Shown in pieces: positions 37,018 through 51,461 of a DNA stretch of 64,000 nt. Positions within the stretch are counted from its first letter, which is position 1; each line of letters opens with the position of its first letter. Position numbers and translations under genes: made by a program. Under the pieces are notes generated by a model. That model saw only the letters and a list, made by a program, of their open reading frames with translations. It had not been told where the DNA came from and ran no database searches. The stretch is from the human T2T-CHM13v2.0 reference genome, Homo sapiens, in NCBI RefSeq assembly GCF_009914755.1, contig NC_060944.1, one strand, 5' to 3'.

Positions 37018-37462
37018 AGCTGTGTGTGGTGGGGCATGCCTGTTGTCCCAGCTACTCAGGAGACCAAGGTTGGAGGATCACTCGAGCCCAGGAGTTTGAA
37101 GCCAGCCTGGACAGTATAGTGAGACCCCCATCTCTTAGAAAACACCAACCAGGCTGGGCCCGGTAGCTCAGGCCTGTAATCCCAGCATTTTGGGAGGCCG
37201 AGGCGAGCAGATCACCTGAGGTCTGGAGTTCGAGACCAGCCTGGCCAACATGGTGAAACCCCATCTCTACTAAAAATACAGAAGTTAGCTGGGCTTGGTG
37301 GCGGGTGCCCGTAATCCCAGCTACTCGGGAGGCTGAAGCAGGAGAATCGCTTGAACCTGGGAGGCGGAGGTTACAGTGAGCTGAGATGGGGCCACTTCAC
37401 TCCAGCCTGGGTGACTCAGCGAGACTCCGTCTCAAACAAACAAACAAACAACCAAAAAAAGA
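37018..37462 (+). mobile_element. FLAM-like monomer followed by AluS
   Basis: Monomer 37018-37140; dimer 37152-37462. Confidence 0.85.
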
Positions 37463-39149
37463 ACCAAAACAGAGCAGTGCCTTCTAGGAGGACAAGACAG
37501 GAAAAATAATGGCAGTTACTGACTGCATCTATTTAGGTTGCCCTTAGTTAATAGAGTTTTGTATTACTAGTATTTGTTTTTAACTCTGTAAAGTAGACAC
37601 TCTTTTTTATTTTTAACTATTTTTCATAGTGCTTAGCAAAGTCTGGGCACATCTACATATGGCTTGTTCATTGGTCACTGTGTTTATCATTGCGCTTTGA
37701 GTTTGCTGCTGTGTGCTCTCCCCAGTGGCTGCTTTGGTGCATTAGACTCGGGGATGCCGATGCACAGACCTTGCGACCATATATTTTCACTAAATGTCCA
37801 CGTGGATCTATCAAGACTTTTATTGCTCTTGGGTACTTGTGAGTTTGCTACCACACTGGTGAATTTTTGTTTGAGATTCTGATTGTTAGTTGCTGTCTGA
37901 AGTCCTGTGTGAGATTCATGAATCTTACATAATGAGGTTAGTTTAGACATGACAAAGTCTTTGATCACTTCAGGTCAGGGCAGGGAGTTCATGCCTTTCC
38001 TCACTTGGGGTTCACTGCAGCCTCTGTTTCTTCAGAAGCTGAGGAATCACAGCTTTGCTTATGTTACTGAGAGTACGGGAGGGTAGTCAGAAGGAGGGTG
38101 ACCTGCAGGCTGCTGTGAGAAAATGGAATAGACTCCCTACATTTTTGCAAAAGGGGTTATTTTAGTTCTTGAGCTATTTATTGGTGCTAAGAAAAGAATC
38201 GACACTATAACTGGTTCTTTCTCATAAGGAAAAGAAATCTGTTGTTTAGTTTAATGATTTAGCACTATTTATGGACCTTAATGTACCCCATTTATAAGGG
38301 ATAAGAAAGGGAAAAAACTGATAAAATTGGATCTTGGAATGTTTTCATGATCTTCGAGTGCTGTCCTATTTAGTGGGTTATCTCCTGGAAAAAATTAGAT
38401 TTAGATTGCCTGTTTTTAAAAATATTGCTGGATTTTAACAGAAGTTGTTTAAATGCTTCATTTGTTCATTTCTAGAGCATGTTCTGAGAGGAATCAGCTG
38501 AGCCTTATTTCTTTTTAACATGCCAATGAAAGGCATTAATTACTCTCCAGTTTCTGTGTAGTTTATTTAGTGTGTTGGCCATATTGGTATATCACCGGAA
38601 TTATTATTTATTTGATCTTCCTATTTAAATCAAGTCACTTGAAAAATACATTAATTTTAAAAAGAAACTTAACATCACCATGGTAAGTGGGAAACCTATA
38701 TAAATTGTCATAAGTAGAATGTAACAATAAAAATAAAACAATGCTGTTAAATTGTAGCTGGATCCCATGGCATATAATGGCAAGCCATGGCTTTCTTTTC
38801 CAGTCAAAAAGGGAGGCTGCTACAAGTGTTAATGAGAATTTAAAGCAGTAAACTTTCTTTTGATCTAACCAGAAGAAGCAAAAGAGAATTAGAAATCACT
38901 TTATGATTCTTGCCACCCGGTTTCATGCTACAGTGCTGCTCTTCACTTTGGGAACTCCACTTGAAATATCAGTGATTGGAGAAGTCCCCTGAAACCACTA
39001 CCCCTGGGTAGTTACCACTTGCTCAGACATTTCTGTGTATGAATGTTAACAAGATTACCGTACCCCAGAGAAGCTGTCTGTAAAGAGCATTTATATTTAA
39101 GGTACACTTTTTTCATAGCTACTAAAGATTTTCATTCTGCTATCCATAG

Positions 39150-40043
<894 letters not shown>

Positions 40044-40424
40044 AGGACATACTTTAAATTCTTAAAAATTGTAACCATTTCTCATTTGTCACAAGATCTA
40101 AGAGAATGCTATACAGTGTAATGAAGTTCTGAATTTTCTTTCAGATGTTTACAGGTTTTTCTTTTATGCCTTTAATATGTTATTAAAGTTTAAATGTAAA
40201 AAGGTGGGGGTTTTTTTGGTGCTACCCATCCCCCTTCTCCAGCCACTAGGAAGAAAGCTGTGTGTGTGTTCCTGGAGTGGCTTACACACAGCTTGTAGCA
40301 TCCAGGGTGGGCAAAAATAAGCCTGTTTTCCAAATACTGGGTATTTGTGCTCTGATCACTGATTGCTGCTTCTAATCATAGAGGTGAAAAGAGATGGCAG
40401 CCATTGTTGTTATAGCTCCCCTCA

Positions 40425-41270
40425 TTGCAAAAATGGGTAAAGGCATTTAATAGACACTTCTTCAAAGATATTAAAATGGCCAATAAGCACATCAAAAGAT
40501 GCTCAGCATCACTAATCATTAGGGAAATGCAAATCAAATCTATAACACGATACCACCTCATGCCTCTTAGGATGACAATTATCAAAGAAACAAAACAACA
40601 ACTGTGGGCGAGAATGTGGAGAAATGGGAACCCTTTTGCAGTGTTGGTGGGAATGTAAAATTGTACAATCGTTGTGGAAAATGGTGTGGTGTTTCCTCAA
40701 ATAGTTAAAAATATAATGATCATATGATCTGGCAATTTCACTTCTGGGTATATACTCAAAAGGACTGAAAGCAGGGTCTCAGAGATACTTGTATATCCAT
40801 GTTTTTAGCAGCATTATTCACAATAACTGAGATGTGGAAGCAACCAAAGTGTCCATCAGTAGATGAATGGATAAGCAAAATGTGGCATATACATACGGTG
40901 GATATCATTCAGTCTTAAAAAGGAAGGACATTCTGGCACATGCTGCAGTGTAGATGAACCTTGAGGACATTATGCTGTGTGAAACAAACCAATCACAAGA
41001 AAACAAACACTGTGTGATTCCACTTATCTGAGATACTTAGGGTAGTGAAAATCACAGATACAGAACGTAGAATGGTGGTTGTCAGCACTTGGCGGGGAGG
41101 GTGGAATTGGGAGTTGTTTAACGGATATAGAGTTTCGGTTTTGCCCTGTGAAAAGTGTTCTGAAAGTGGATGGTGGTGGTGATTGTACCATATAAATGTA
41201 CTTAATACCACTGAACTATACTGTTAAAAATTGTTCAGATAGTAAATGTTATGTATATTTTACCACAATA
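40425..41270 (+). mobile_element. L1MB-like 3' end
   Basis: ORF2 C-terminus-like peptide (NRHFFKDIKMANKHIKRCS..IREMQIK) plus 3' UTR. Confidence 0.85.
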
Positions 41271-41391
41271 ATAATTTTGGGGGAAAACTATTGAGGCCAT
41301 TCATAAATACTGTGTTTGTATATGTCCTGGCAACAAATTTATTCCATTCCATACAAATGTCTCATTATGTGTTGTGCTGTGATTTAGCTGG

Positions 41392-41790
41392 CTATATTAG
41401 TTTGCTAATGATGCTGTAACACAAACTGGATGGCTTAAACAACAGAAATGTATTCTAGTTCTAGAGGCTGGAAATCTGAAATCCAGGTGTTGATAGGATT
41501 GGTTCCTTTTGAAGGCTGTGAGGGAGAGAGTATTTTATGCCTCTCCCCTAGCTTCTGTTAGCCACAGGCCTTCCTTGGCTTGTAGATGACGTTCTCCCTG
41601 TGTCTTCATGCATCTTCCCTCTCTACACGTCTGTCTCTGTGTCCAAGTTTCCCCTTTGTGTAAGGACACCAGTCATATTGGATTAGTGTTCAACTTAATG
41701 ACCTCATGATCACTGTTTGCACATAAGGTCACATTCACAAGTACTGGGACTTCCAACATCTTTTGGGAGGATACGATGAAATCTGTAACA
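41392..41790 (-). mobile_element. MLT1-type MaLR LTR
   Basis: ggcttaaacaacagaaat...ctagaggctggaaatctgaaatc pattern. Confidence 0.7.
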
Positions 41791-42084
41791 CTGGCCGATA
41801 ATTTTATAAACATTTATGTTATTTCCAGTTTTTCTGTGTTTAAGTTAGCCTTGTGGGGCATATTCTTGTATATATATCCTTTGTGTTTTTGTGATTAGAA
41901 GTAGATTTGCGAGGTCAGAGGATACACACAATTTTGCTGTACATTATGAAAGTAACCTCCAGAAAGTATATGCCCATTTATAGTCCCACTGTCAATGTAC
42001 AAGTACGCACCCGTTTTCGACACAGTAAATAACACATTGGTTTTTAAAATCTTTTGAGTCTTTGTCAGTCTTTTTTATTGTTTT

Positions 42085-42700
<616 letters not shown>

Positions 42701-42807
42701 GTATTTATTAGAGAGGATTTGGAAAGATTAGAAAAAGATAAGAATGTAGGAGAGGTACTTTGGAACCAAAAGCTTGGGGGTTTCATTCTCTCCATCTCAG
42801 ATAGTGC

Positions 42808-43095
42808 TTTTTTTGAGACCCAGTTTCATTCTTGTTGCCCCGGCTGGAGTGCAATGGTGCAGTCTTGGCTCACTGCAGCCTCCGCCTCTCGGGTTCAAAG
42901 ATTCTCCTGCCTCACCCTCCCGAGTAGCTGGGATTACAGGCATGTGCCACCACACCCAGCTAATTTTGTATTTTTAGTAGAGACGGGGTTTCACCCTGTC
43001 AGCCAAACTGGTCTCGAACTCCTGACCTCAGGTGATCCACCCGCCTCGGCCTCCCAAAGTGCTGGAATTACAGGCGTGAGCCACCGCACCCAGCC
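42808..43095 (-). mobile_element. AluSp-like
   Basis: Reverse Alu; TSD tcagatagtgctt. Confidence 0.92.
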
Positions 43096-43679
43096 TCAGA
43101 TAGTGCTTATGCCTACTATAGCTGAGCTTATTTGTTTTGTTTATTTTCTGAGTTTTCTATTAATATTACGTCTCTGTTCCTCAGAATGGTTTTCCTTTGC
43201 CTTCCCAGCAATACCTTCCAACTGTTAGACTGGTCTTCTTGTGAAAGACTGTCTTCTAGGATTTCCGGGGATTGATGTATCTTTTCAAGGTGGAAATAGA
43301 ACAGTCGCCTTGAAAGAATTTCCGTTAGGGAACCCGGATAGTTGGCATTTTGCATGTTTTGTTATTTTGTTGTGCAGTAGGTGCTCTCTGTGTTTGTGGA
43401 GTATACCACATAGTTTTGTTACCACTCTAGTGCATCGAGGCAGATAGGATCAGATTGAGAGATGTGTGCTACTCCTCGGGTAAAATGAGGTATTTACTGG
43501 AGCCAGTTAACTTCTATCACAAAATGCCCAGCCTTGGAGTTACACTTTTTGTATGCTTTATTCTTGGGAGCTGTGCTTAATTCACATAACAAAGCAACTT
43601 AATTAAAATTAGCCTGTAGAATTCCATAATCGTGATGATTGTGATGAGAAGTATTTCACGTGCTTTGTTTGAATTATTG

Positions 43680-43800
43680 CATTTAATCCTCACAGCAACC
43701 CTGTGAGGTAAGTTCTATTATCCTGATTTTACAGATGAACAAACCGAGGCTGCTAGAAGTTGGTAGCGCCAGGGTTTGAAGCAGGCGAACTCCAGAGCCT
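43680..43800. mobile_element. MIR remnant
   Basis: tttaatcctcacagcaaccctgtgaggta...ttttacagatga..aaaccgaggc core. Confidence 0.75.
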
Positions 43801-43943
43801 CTCTCCTGCCTCTCGTGCTCTGCTCCTTCAGTAGCTGGAGGTGCCATTGCATGTTGCAGGCCAGGAGTCACAGTATACACAGACTGTCTTTTCTGTATAA
43901 TGAGCAAAAGTGCCAATCATTTTTAAATTCTTGGACTCTTTAG

Positions 43944-44125
43944 GAAAAAGACGTCTACCTGGTGGAGCACCGTGGCAGGTTGCCTCAGCGTGGGAAGTCC
44001 CATGTACTTCCGTTCAGGTGCTCAGGAATTTGGAGAGCCAGGATGGTGGAAACTTGTTCATAACAAGCCCCCAACGATGAAACCTGAAGGAGAGAAGTTG
44101 TCTGCCTCTACTTTGAAAATAAAAG
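43944..44125 (+). CDS. KAT14: KAT14 coding exon 4
   Basis: ctctttag|G...AAAG|gtactg; KKTSTWWSTVAGCLSVGSPMYFRSGAQEFGEPGWWKLVHNKPP...TLKIK. Confidence 0.95.
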
Positions 44126-44729
44126 GTACTGTTGTGAGAACAGTACAAAAGTTGCTAGTCAGACCAGAGCCAAGCAGGTGTGAGCCCAGGAGACGCTCCT
44201 GCTTCCACTGGGCATGGCTCGCAGGCCTCTCTGGAGCTACTCTGTTTAACACTTCTGTGATGACACTTGTGTGTGTGCTAGAAATAAATGCCACATAAAA
44301 ACATTTTATCACTTCCTAATCAAGCTATCAGTTTTATAAATTTCCCAGGGTATCTGAAAGGTTCAATGTTTTCCATCTGGTTTTTGTTTTTAAACTTCTC
44401 ACAAAGGTGAAGAGATATTTTAAAATTCCCGTAATAAATAACATGATGAATTCCCATGTACCTTCCACCTCACTTTGACATTAACTCCTGACAGTCTCAT
44501 TTTATCTAAATCCTCAGTACTTTTCCCCAACCTTCCCCATTCTTACAATTGGATTATTTAGAAACAAATCCCAGGAATCAACATTTCATTCCTAAATATC
44601 TTAGTTTGTATCTCTAAGAGATCAGGATTCTTTCCTTTTTGCAGCCTGACCATAATGCCATTTTCATATTTAAAAAGATGTTAACAGTGACTTCTTACTA
44701 TCACATATTGATCTGGTTTTATAATCTAA

Positions 44730-45058
<329 letters not shown>

Positions 45059-45688
45059 TGATGAGCTTTTAAAATTTTAAAAATATGATTGGGAAGAAAA
45101 TCAAATAGTACTTAAGGGTGTAAAGTATGAAAGTTCCCCCACCTGCCTATGGCCTGCAATTTCACTTCCCAGAGTAACCACTGTTGTCTTTTGTGAATAC
45201 TTTCAGAAAGATCTCTGCAGATTTAAGCATTTTCTTACTTTTTTAAAAAAGTAAAATGGACTCGTACTATTATGAGTTTTCCATTTTTGCCACACTTACC
45301 AGTATGTCTTGGACATCTTTCCATGACAGTACATGTAGATTTACCCTATTTTATTTCATTACATCCATTATATAATTATGTGATAATTTGTTAAACCATT
45401 CTCCTGTTGATGGACATTTTGGTTGTTTCTACCTTTTTGTTGTTATTTTATTTATTTATTTTTTAATTAAAACATTTTTAAAAAGTAATAGAGATAGGGT
45501 CTCGCCATGTTTCCTGGGCTGGTCTTGAACTGTTGGGCTCAAGTGATCCTCCAGCCTCTCCTTCCAAAAGTGCTGGGATTACAGGCATGAGCCATCATGC
45601 CTGACCTTTTGTTACTTTAAACAGTGCTACAATTCTACAAATTTGTGTACATGTGAAAATGTGATAAATTCCTGGAGTTTCTACATCA

Positions 45689-46048
<360 letters not shown>

Positions 46049-46425
46049 GTACCCATTGAAATGCCCATGAAAATGCCCATTTCCCCATACATTTACTGAG
46101 CTTTATCAAACTTTTTTTTTGGCTCACTGCAGCCACCACCTCCCAGGCTCAAAATCCACCCACCTCAGCCTCCCAAAGTTCTGGGATTAAGAGGCGTGCA
46201 CCACCACGCCTGGCTAAACTTTTAATGTTTGCCAGTTCCAGTAGGTGAAAGATAGTATTTATTTGTTTAAATTTGCAGTATAACTTCTTTTTTCTCAAGA
46301 GATATCTAAGTCTTTTTTAGTTTAGGGCATTCATTGAACATTTCTCTTTATTGAACATGATATTACTCATAATAATAAATTAGCAAAAGAAACTAAAGTT
46401 GAGTAGTTATTTTAAAATTTAGATA

Positions 46426-46662
46426 TGGGTTGAGCAATCCAAATCTGAAAATCCAAAATCAAAAACACTCCAAAATCTGAAACTTTTTCAGCACTGACAT
46501 AACGCTCAAAGGAAATGCTCATTTGCAGCATTTCGGATTTTGTATTTCTGGGTTTGGGATACTCAGCCAATAAGTAAAATGCAAATATTCCAAAAGCCGA
46601 AAACATCTGAAATCCAAAACATGCTTGTGCCCAAGCATTTCAGATGAGGGATACTCAGCCTG
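46426..46662. mobile_element. Tigger4a/MER46-like MITE
   Basis: TIR-like ends tgggttgagcaatcc / gggatactcagcctg, TA on both flanks, internal aaatc(c/t)gaaa repeats. Confidence 0.8.
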
Positions 46663-46679
46663 TATTTATTCTTTCTTAG

Positions 46680-47099
46680 CAGCCTCAAAACCAACTTTAG
46701 ATCCCATCATTACTGTTGAGGGACTTAGAAAACGAGCAAGTCGGAATCCTGTGGAATCTGCCATGGAATTAAAAGAGAAAAGGTCTCGAACTCAGGAAGC
46801 AAAAGACATTAGAAGAGCCCAGAAGGAGGCCGCTGGCTTTCTTGACAGGAGCACATCTTCTACCCCTGTAAAATTCATAAGCCGAGGCCGCAGGCCAGAT
46901 GTGATTCTGGAAAAAGGCGAAGTGATTGACTTTTCCTCCTTGAGCTCCTCTGACCGCACCCCGCTGACAAGCCCATCTCCTTCTCCTTCTCTGGATTTCT
47001 CTGCCCCTGGTACACCTGCCTCTCATTCTGCCACACCTAGCTTGCTTTCAGAAGCAGATCTGATTCCAGATGTGATGCCCCCACAAGCCTTGTTTCATG
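46680..47099 (+). CDS. KAT14: KAT14 coding exon 5 (alternative start at 46683)
   Basis: ttcttag|CAG|CC tandem acceptor; ASKPTLDPIITVEGLRKR...MPPQALFH; donor CATG|gtaaga. Confidence 0.95.
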
Positions 47100-47236
47100 G
47101 TAAGAGTTTGTTTGCTTTGCTCTTTTATTTTGGGTATGGGCCATGGTATAAATGTACAAGTTTTCACCCCGTGGGCTGTGTGCTCTGCATTTCTTCCTTC
47201 CTATGTCTTGATGACACTGTTTTGTACTCTGCACAG

Positions 47237-47805
47237 ATGACGATGAGATGGAAGGCGATGGAGTCATAGACCCAGGGATGGAGTACGTCCCACCCCCTGC
47301 TGGGTCAGTAGCTTCTGGGCCAGTGGTTGGGGGCAGAAAGAAGGTCAGAGGCCCTGAACAGATAAAGCAGGAGGTAGAGAGTGAGGAGGAAAAACCCGAC
47401 AGGATGGATATTGACAGTGAAGACACAGATTCAAACACATCTTTGCAAACAAGGGCTAGAGAAAAGAGGAAGCCTCAGCTGGAGAAGGACACAAAGCCGA
47501 AAGAGCCCAGGTATACTCCCGTGAGCATCTACGAGGAAAAGCTGCTGCTCAAGAGGCTGGAAGCTTGTCCTGGTGCTGTTGCCATGACTCCGGAAGCTCG
47601 GAGACTGAAACGCAAACTGATTGTCAGACAAGCGAAAAGGGATAGGGGATTACCACTTTTTGACTTGGATCAAGTTGTTAATGCTGCTCTTTTGTTAGTT
47701 GACGGGATTTATGGAGCCAAAGAAGGAGGAATTTCCAGACTTCCAGCTGGACAAGCCACGTACAGAACCACCTGTCAGGACTTCAGAATCCTTGACCGAT
47801 ACCAG
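47237..47805 (+). CDS. KAT14: KAT14 coding exon 6 (last in window; GNAT-domain exons lie downstream)
   Basis: ctgcacag|AT...TACCAG|gtgaat; DDEMEGDGVIDPG...FRILDRYQ; cumulative CDS 1671 nt = 557 codons. Confidence 0.95.
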
Positions 47806-48761
47806 GTGAATGCAAGCACTTGCTGTAAAGCCCTTGGGGGCAGGAGTGGAGGTGGGGCAGGCAGCACTAGGCATTGGACATGGTTATGCTGTGACCTTTT
47901 AAATCCTGAGTAATTTGGGAAGAGAAAAGTAAAGTGCAAGGGAAAAAAATACAAAAATCGCTGGGCTTTATTTTTCAGAATTGTTCATTGTAAGTACACC
48001 TGAATACATCTGAGTTTTTCTTTTCCTTTAGGCATTCAAACATAACCTATAAGTTTTCTTCATCTGTCTCTCTTGTCTCTCTCTCTCTGAGGATAGATAT
48101 GCATGGTTTGTGTCGTAGCTTTGACAAATTTGTTGAGGCCATGACGGTGTCTCTGACACTGTGTTGCAGAGGATCTGAAGGTGTGTAGACATCTGCGAAG
48201 GACAACATGAAGAAATAGCAGCCAAGGGATCAGTGTGGTATCAGTGTTGCTCAAAGGATGGTCGGTGGAACCCAAATTTTGTGGATGCTTCTGGGAACAA
48301 TTAATTCCACTTAGAACTACCTGTATATACTCTCCCACTGGGAGGAACAAGAGGCCTTATTCCCTTTATCTTTGCTAGCACTTGACACTAACCAGCCTTT
48401 AAGTTTTGCTAATTGGCTGGCTGTAAAGTGAAATCTTGTTTTTTATTTATATTTCTTTGGTTACAGGTGAGGTTAAATTTCCTGGTTGTTTCTTTGTGAA
48501 TTGCCTGTTTGGAGTCTGCATGTTTTTCTCTCTTCTCTGGAAGCTAGTGGGATCTGCTCTTCATTGCTGGTGTTCTGGTATTATTCAGTGATGTGCCGTA
48601 TGTAGGGCTTATGTCTTTCCTTGTGCTGGACATGTGGTGTGTGGGCCCTTTCAATTTGAAACTTTCTTTCCTGAGTATGGAAAAGTCTTGATTTCCTATC
48701 TTCTATTTTTTCTGTTCTCTCATTTTAGAACTCCCCATTATTTGGATATTGGACCCTGTAG

Positions 48762-48986
48762 ATTAAAAGTTGGCAAACTTTATCTGTAAAGAAATAAGTA
48801 TTTCTGCCAGATAGTAATTATTTTAGGCTTTGCCGGCCACAAAATCTCATTCGGAACTCTTCAACTCTGCTGTTGTGATTGGAGAGCCGTAGTGAATGAG
48901 TGTGGCTGTGTTCCAGTAAAACTTTATCTACTAAAATGGGCAGTGGGCTGGATTTAGCCTGGGGGCTATAGTTTACCAAGATCCCT
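48762..48986. mobile_element. MER58A-like hAT MITE
   Basis: ttggcaaactttatctgtaaag...tgtggctgtgttccagtaaaacttt. Confidence 0.75.
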
Positions 48987-49364
48987 ACTCCAGATAGATC
49001 CTCTTTTCTTTTTTTTCCTAATTCCCATCTTTCCTGGGAAGCACAGTATTAACTGGCCTGCCTACCAGGAGCCAAGTCGGGAGGGCCCAGGAGCCCATCG
49101 TTTAGGAGGTAAACTGACTCTCCCTGTCTTCAGTACAGTACTCCCACCCTTGGCTTCCTGTGTCCAGAATCTCCCTCTTGAGCCTCTCCAGTCTTCTGCC
49201 CGTGGAGGGAAAGATCATTTCCTAGATGTGGGCAGTATAATTACTATAGGGGTATAACTGGAGCCTTTAACCTCTTAAAGAGCCTCTCAATCCATAGTCA
49301 TACCCCCCAGGCTCTAAGCCTGATGCCTTAGGTGACTACACTTCCCTGAGGCTGTGTTTTGTAA

Positions 49365-49775
<411 letters not shown>

Positions 49776-50179
49776 CAATATTCACCTGTTCTTTGTTCTT
49801 ATTCTTGTGGGCCTGTCTGTTTACTGCCTATACTTAATTTTTTAAATTGTAAGATGTGTCATACAGATAGAAGGCAGCATAGAAATATGGTATAATTTAG
49901 ATATTAGTAAAATAAATGCCCATGTATTCATCTCCTGGATAAAGAGTGTTGTAAACACCTTAGAAGTCTCCTGTGTACTTTCTTTTCCCCTCAGAGGAAG
50001 CCACTTTGACTTACAGTGTTAATTATTCTTTTGCTTTTTAAATGTGTATGTCTCTAAATGATATACTTTTCGTTTAAAAAAATACTGAGTAGCAAGCATA
50101 AATCTAGCTGTGTAAGTAAATTGCCACTATTAGATGAAGTTTCCTGGAGAAGATAAGCTAAATAGTCATTCTGGGTCAT

Positions 50180-50495
50180 TGTTGTGGACTGAATTGTGTC
50201 CCCCTTAAGCATATGTTGAAGTCCCAACCCTGGTACCTATGAATGCAGCCTTATCTGGAAATAGGCCCTTTGCAAATATAATTAGCCAAGACCACCAAGG
50301 ATTGCCGGCAGCACCAGGAGCTAAGAGAAGGGCACAGAACAAATTCTCCCCTAGTGCGTACCCCAGAGAGCATAGCCCTGCCCACACTGTGACTTCTGAC
50401 ATTTGGCCTCTAGAACTGTGAGACAATAAATTCCTGTTGTTTTAAGCCACCCAGTTTGTGGTGCTTTGTTCCTACAGCCCTGGGAAACTAATACT
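50180..50495 (+). mobile_element. MLT1-type MaLR LTR (internally deleted)
   Basis: tgtggactgaattgtgtcccc...aataaattcctgttgttttaagccacccagtttgtgg. Confidence 0.8.
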
Positions 50496-50898
50496 TACAG
50501 TGATGTTCTGGCTTCGGCTTCCATGAACCCCTTCTGAGGTAGTCACTGGCCAAGGTCACTAGGGAGTCCTGGGAAACATGAGGCTCACCATAGCGTATGC
50601 ATCAGCCAGGGCTGTGATGTATACCAGAGATGCGGCAGAAATCTGGGCAGAGGAAGTGGGATCCTCTGTATTTCCTGCCTGAGCTGACAGCTTCCTTCCA
50701 GCTTGCAGAAGGTCAAAGCAGTTATTTGTGGAGTGAGCATCATCAGCTGGTCTTTGGGGTGGGCATGGGTGGTGTACAGGAGGCTCACCTGTACATGGTG
50801 AAGACAAGCTGAGCGTAGATAAGATTCTGGGCCACGACGCCATAGGTTTAAAAGATGGTCAGTGGCAGCAAGGACTTAAGGATGATAGCCTCAATATG

Positions 50899-51461
50899 TG
50901 TTAGAAATACCAAGATTGTTAGAAATAGATAATCGGTGCTGCGAAGAAAAGTCAGCACAGAGACAAAAGGTATCTCAGCAAGGCCATCTTTTCTTTCTGT
51001 AGAAAGGGTGCTCAGTTGCAGATGGAACAAAGGTGAGAGCACACTTGAACACAGGAAAAGCAGACATATTTATCCCTTACGCACTTGGGTCGTCCTTACT
51101 GCTGTGTCCTGCATCCACTGGCTGGAGCGGGACCTCACAATCTTAAACTGATACCCGATTTGCTAATAGCCTAAAACTTTCCTAAATAGGTAAGTGCAGG
51201 GAAGAACAAAGAAGTTGCTTACAAAAGGTTTAAGGAAGCAATAACATTTCCAAATAAGGAAGGGGCGTAGACTGTGGGCTGGAACGTGCCTGTGAGCATG
51301 TCCAACGGTTACAGAGGATAGGGCTTAACAAAGAGTTATTAGCACAAGGCAAGGAGACTTGAAGAAAGTTAGTCTTTAAAAGAAACTGTTATTTCTAACA
51401 CTTATGATTTATTCTTTAACAAGAAGGAAAACTTTGAAGAGGAAACTTTTTACTTTCTACA
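50899..51461 (-). mobile_element. ERV1 solo LTR, LTR10-like (HERV-I group)
   Basis: 563 bp, TG...CA termini, flanks atatg/ctatg; minus strand begins tgtagaaagtaaaaagtttcctcttcaaag, as recalled for LTR10 subfamilies. Confidence 0.75.
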
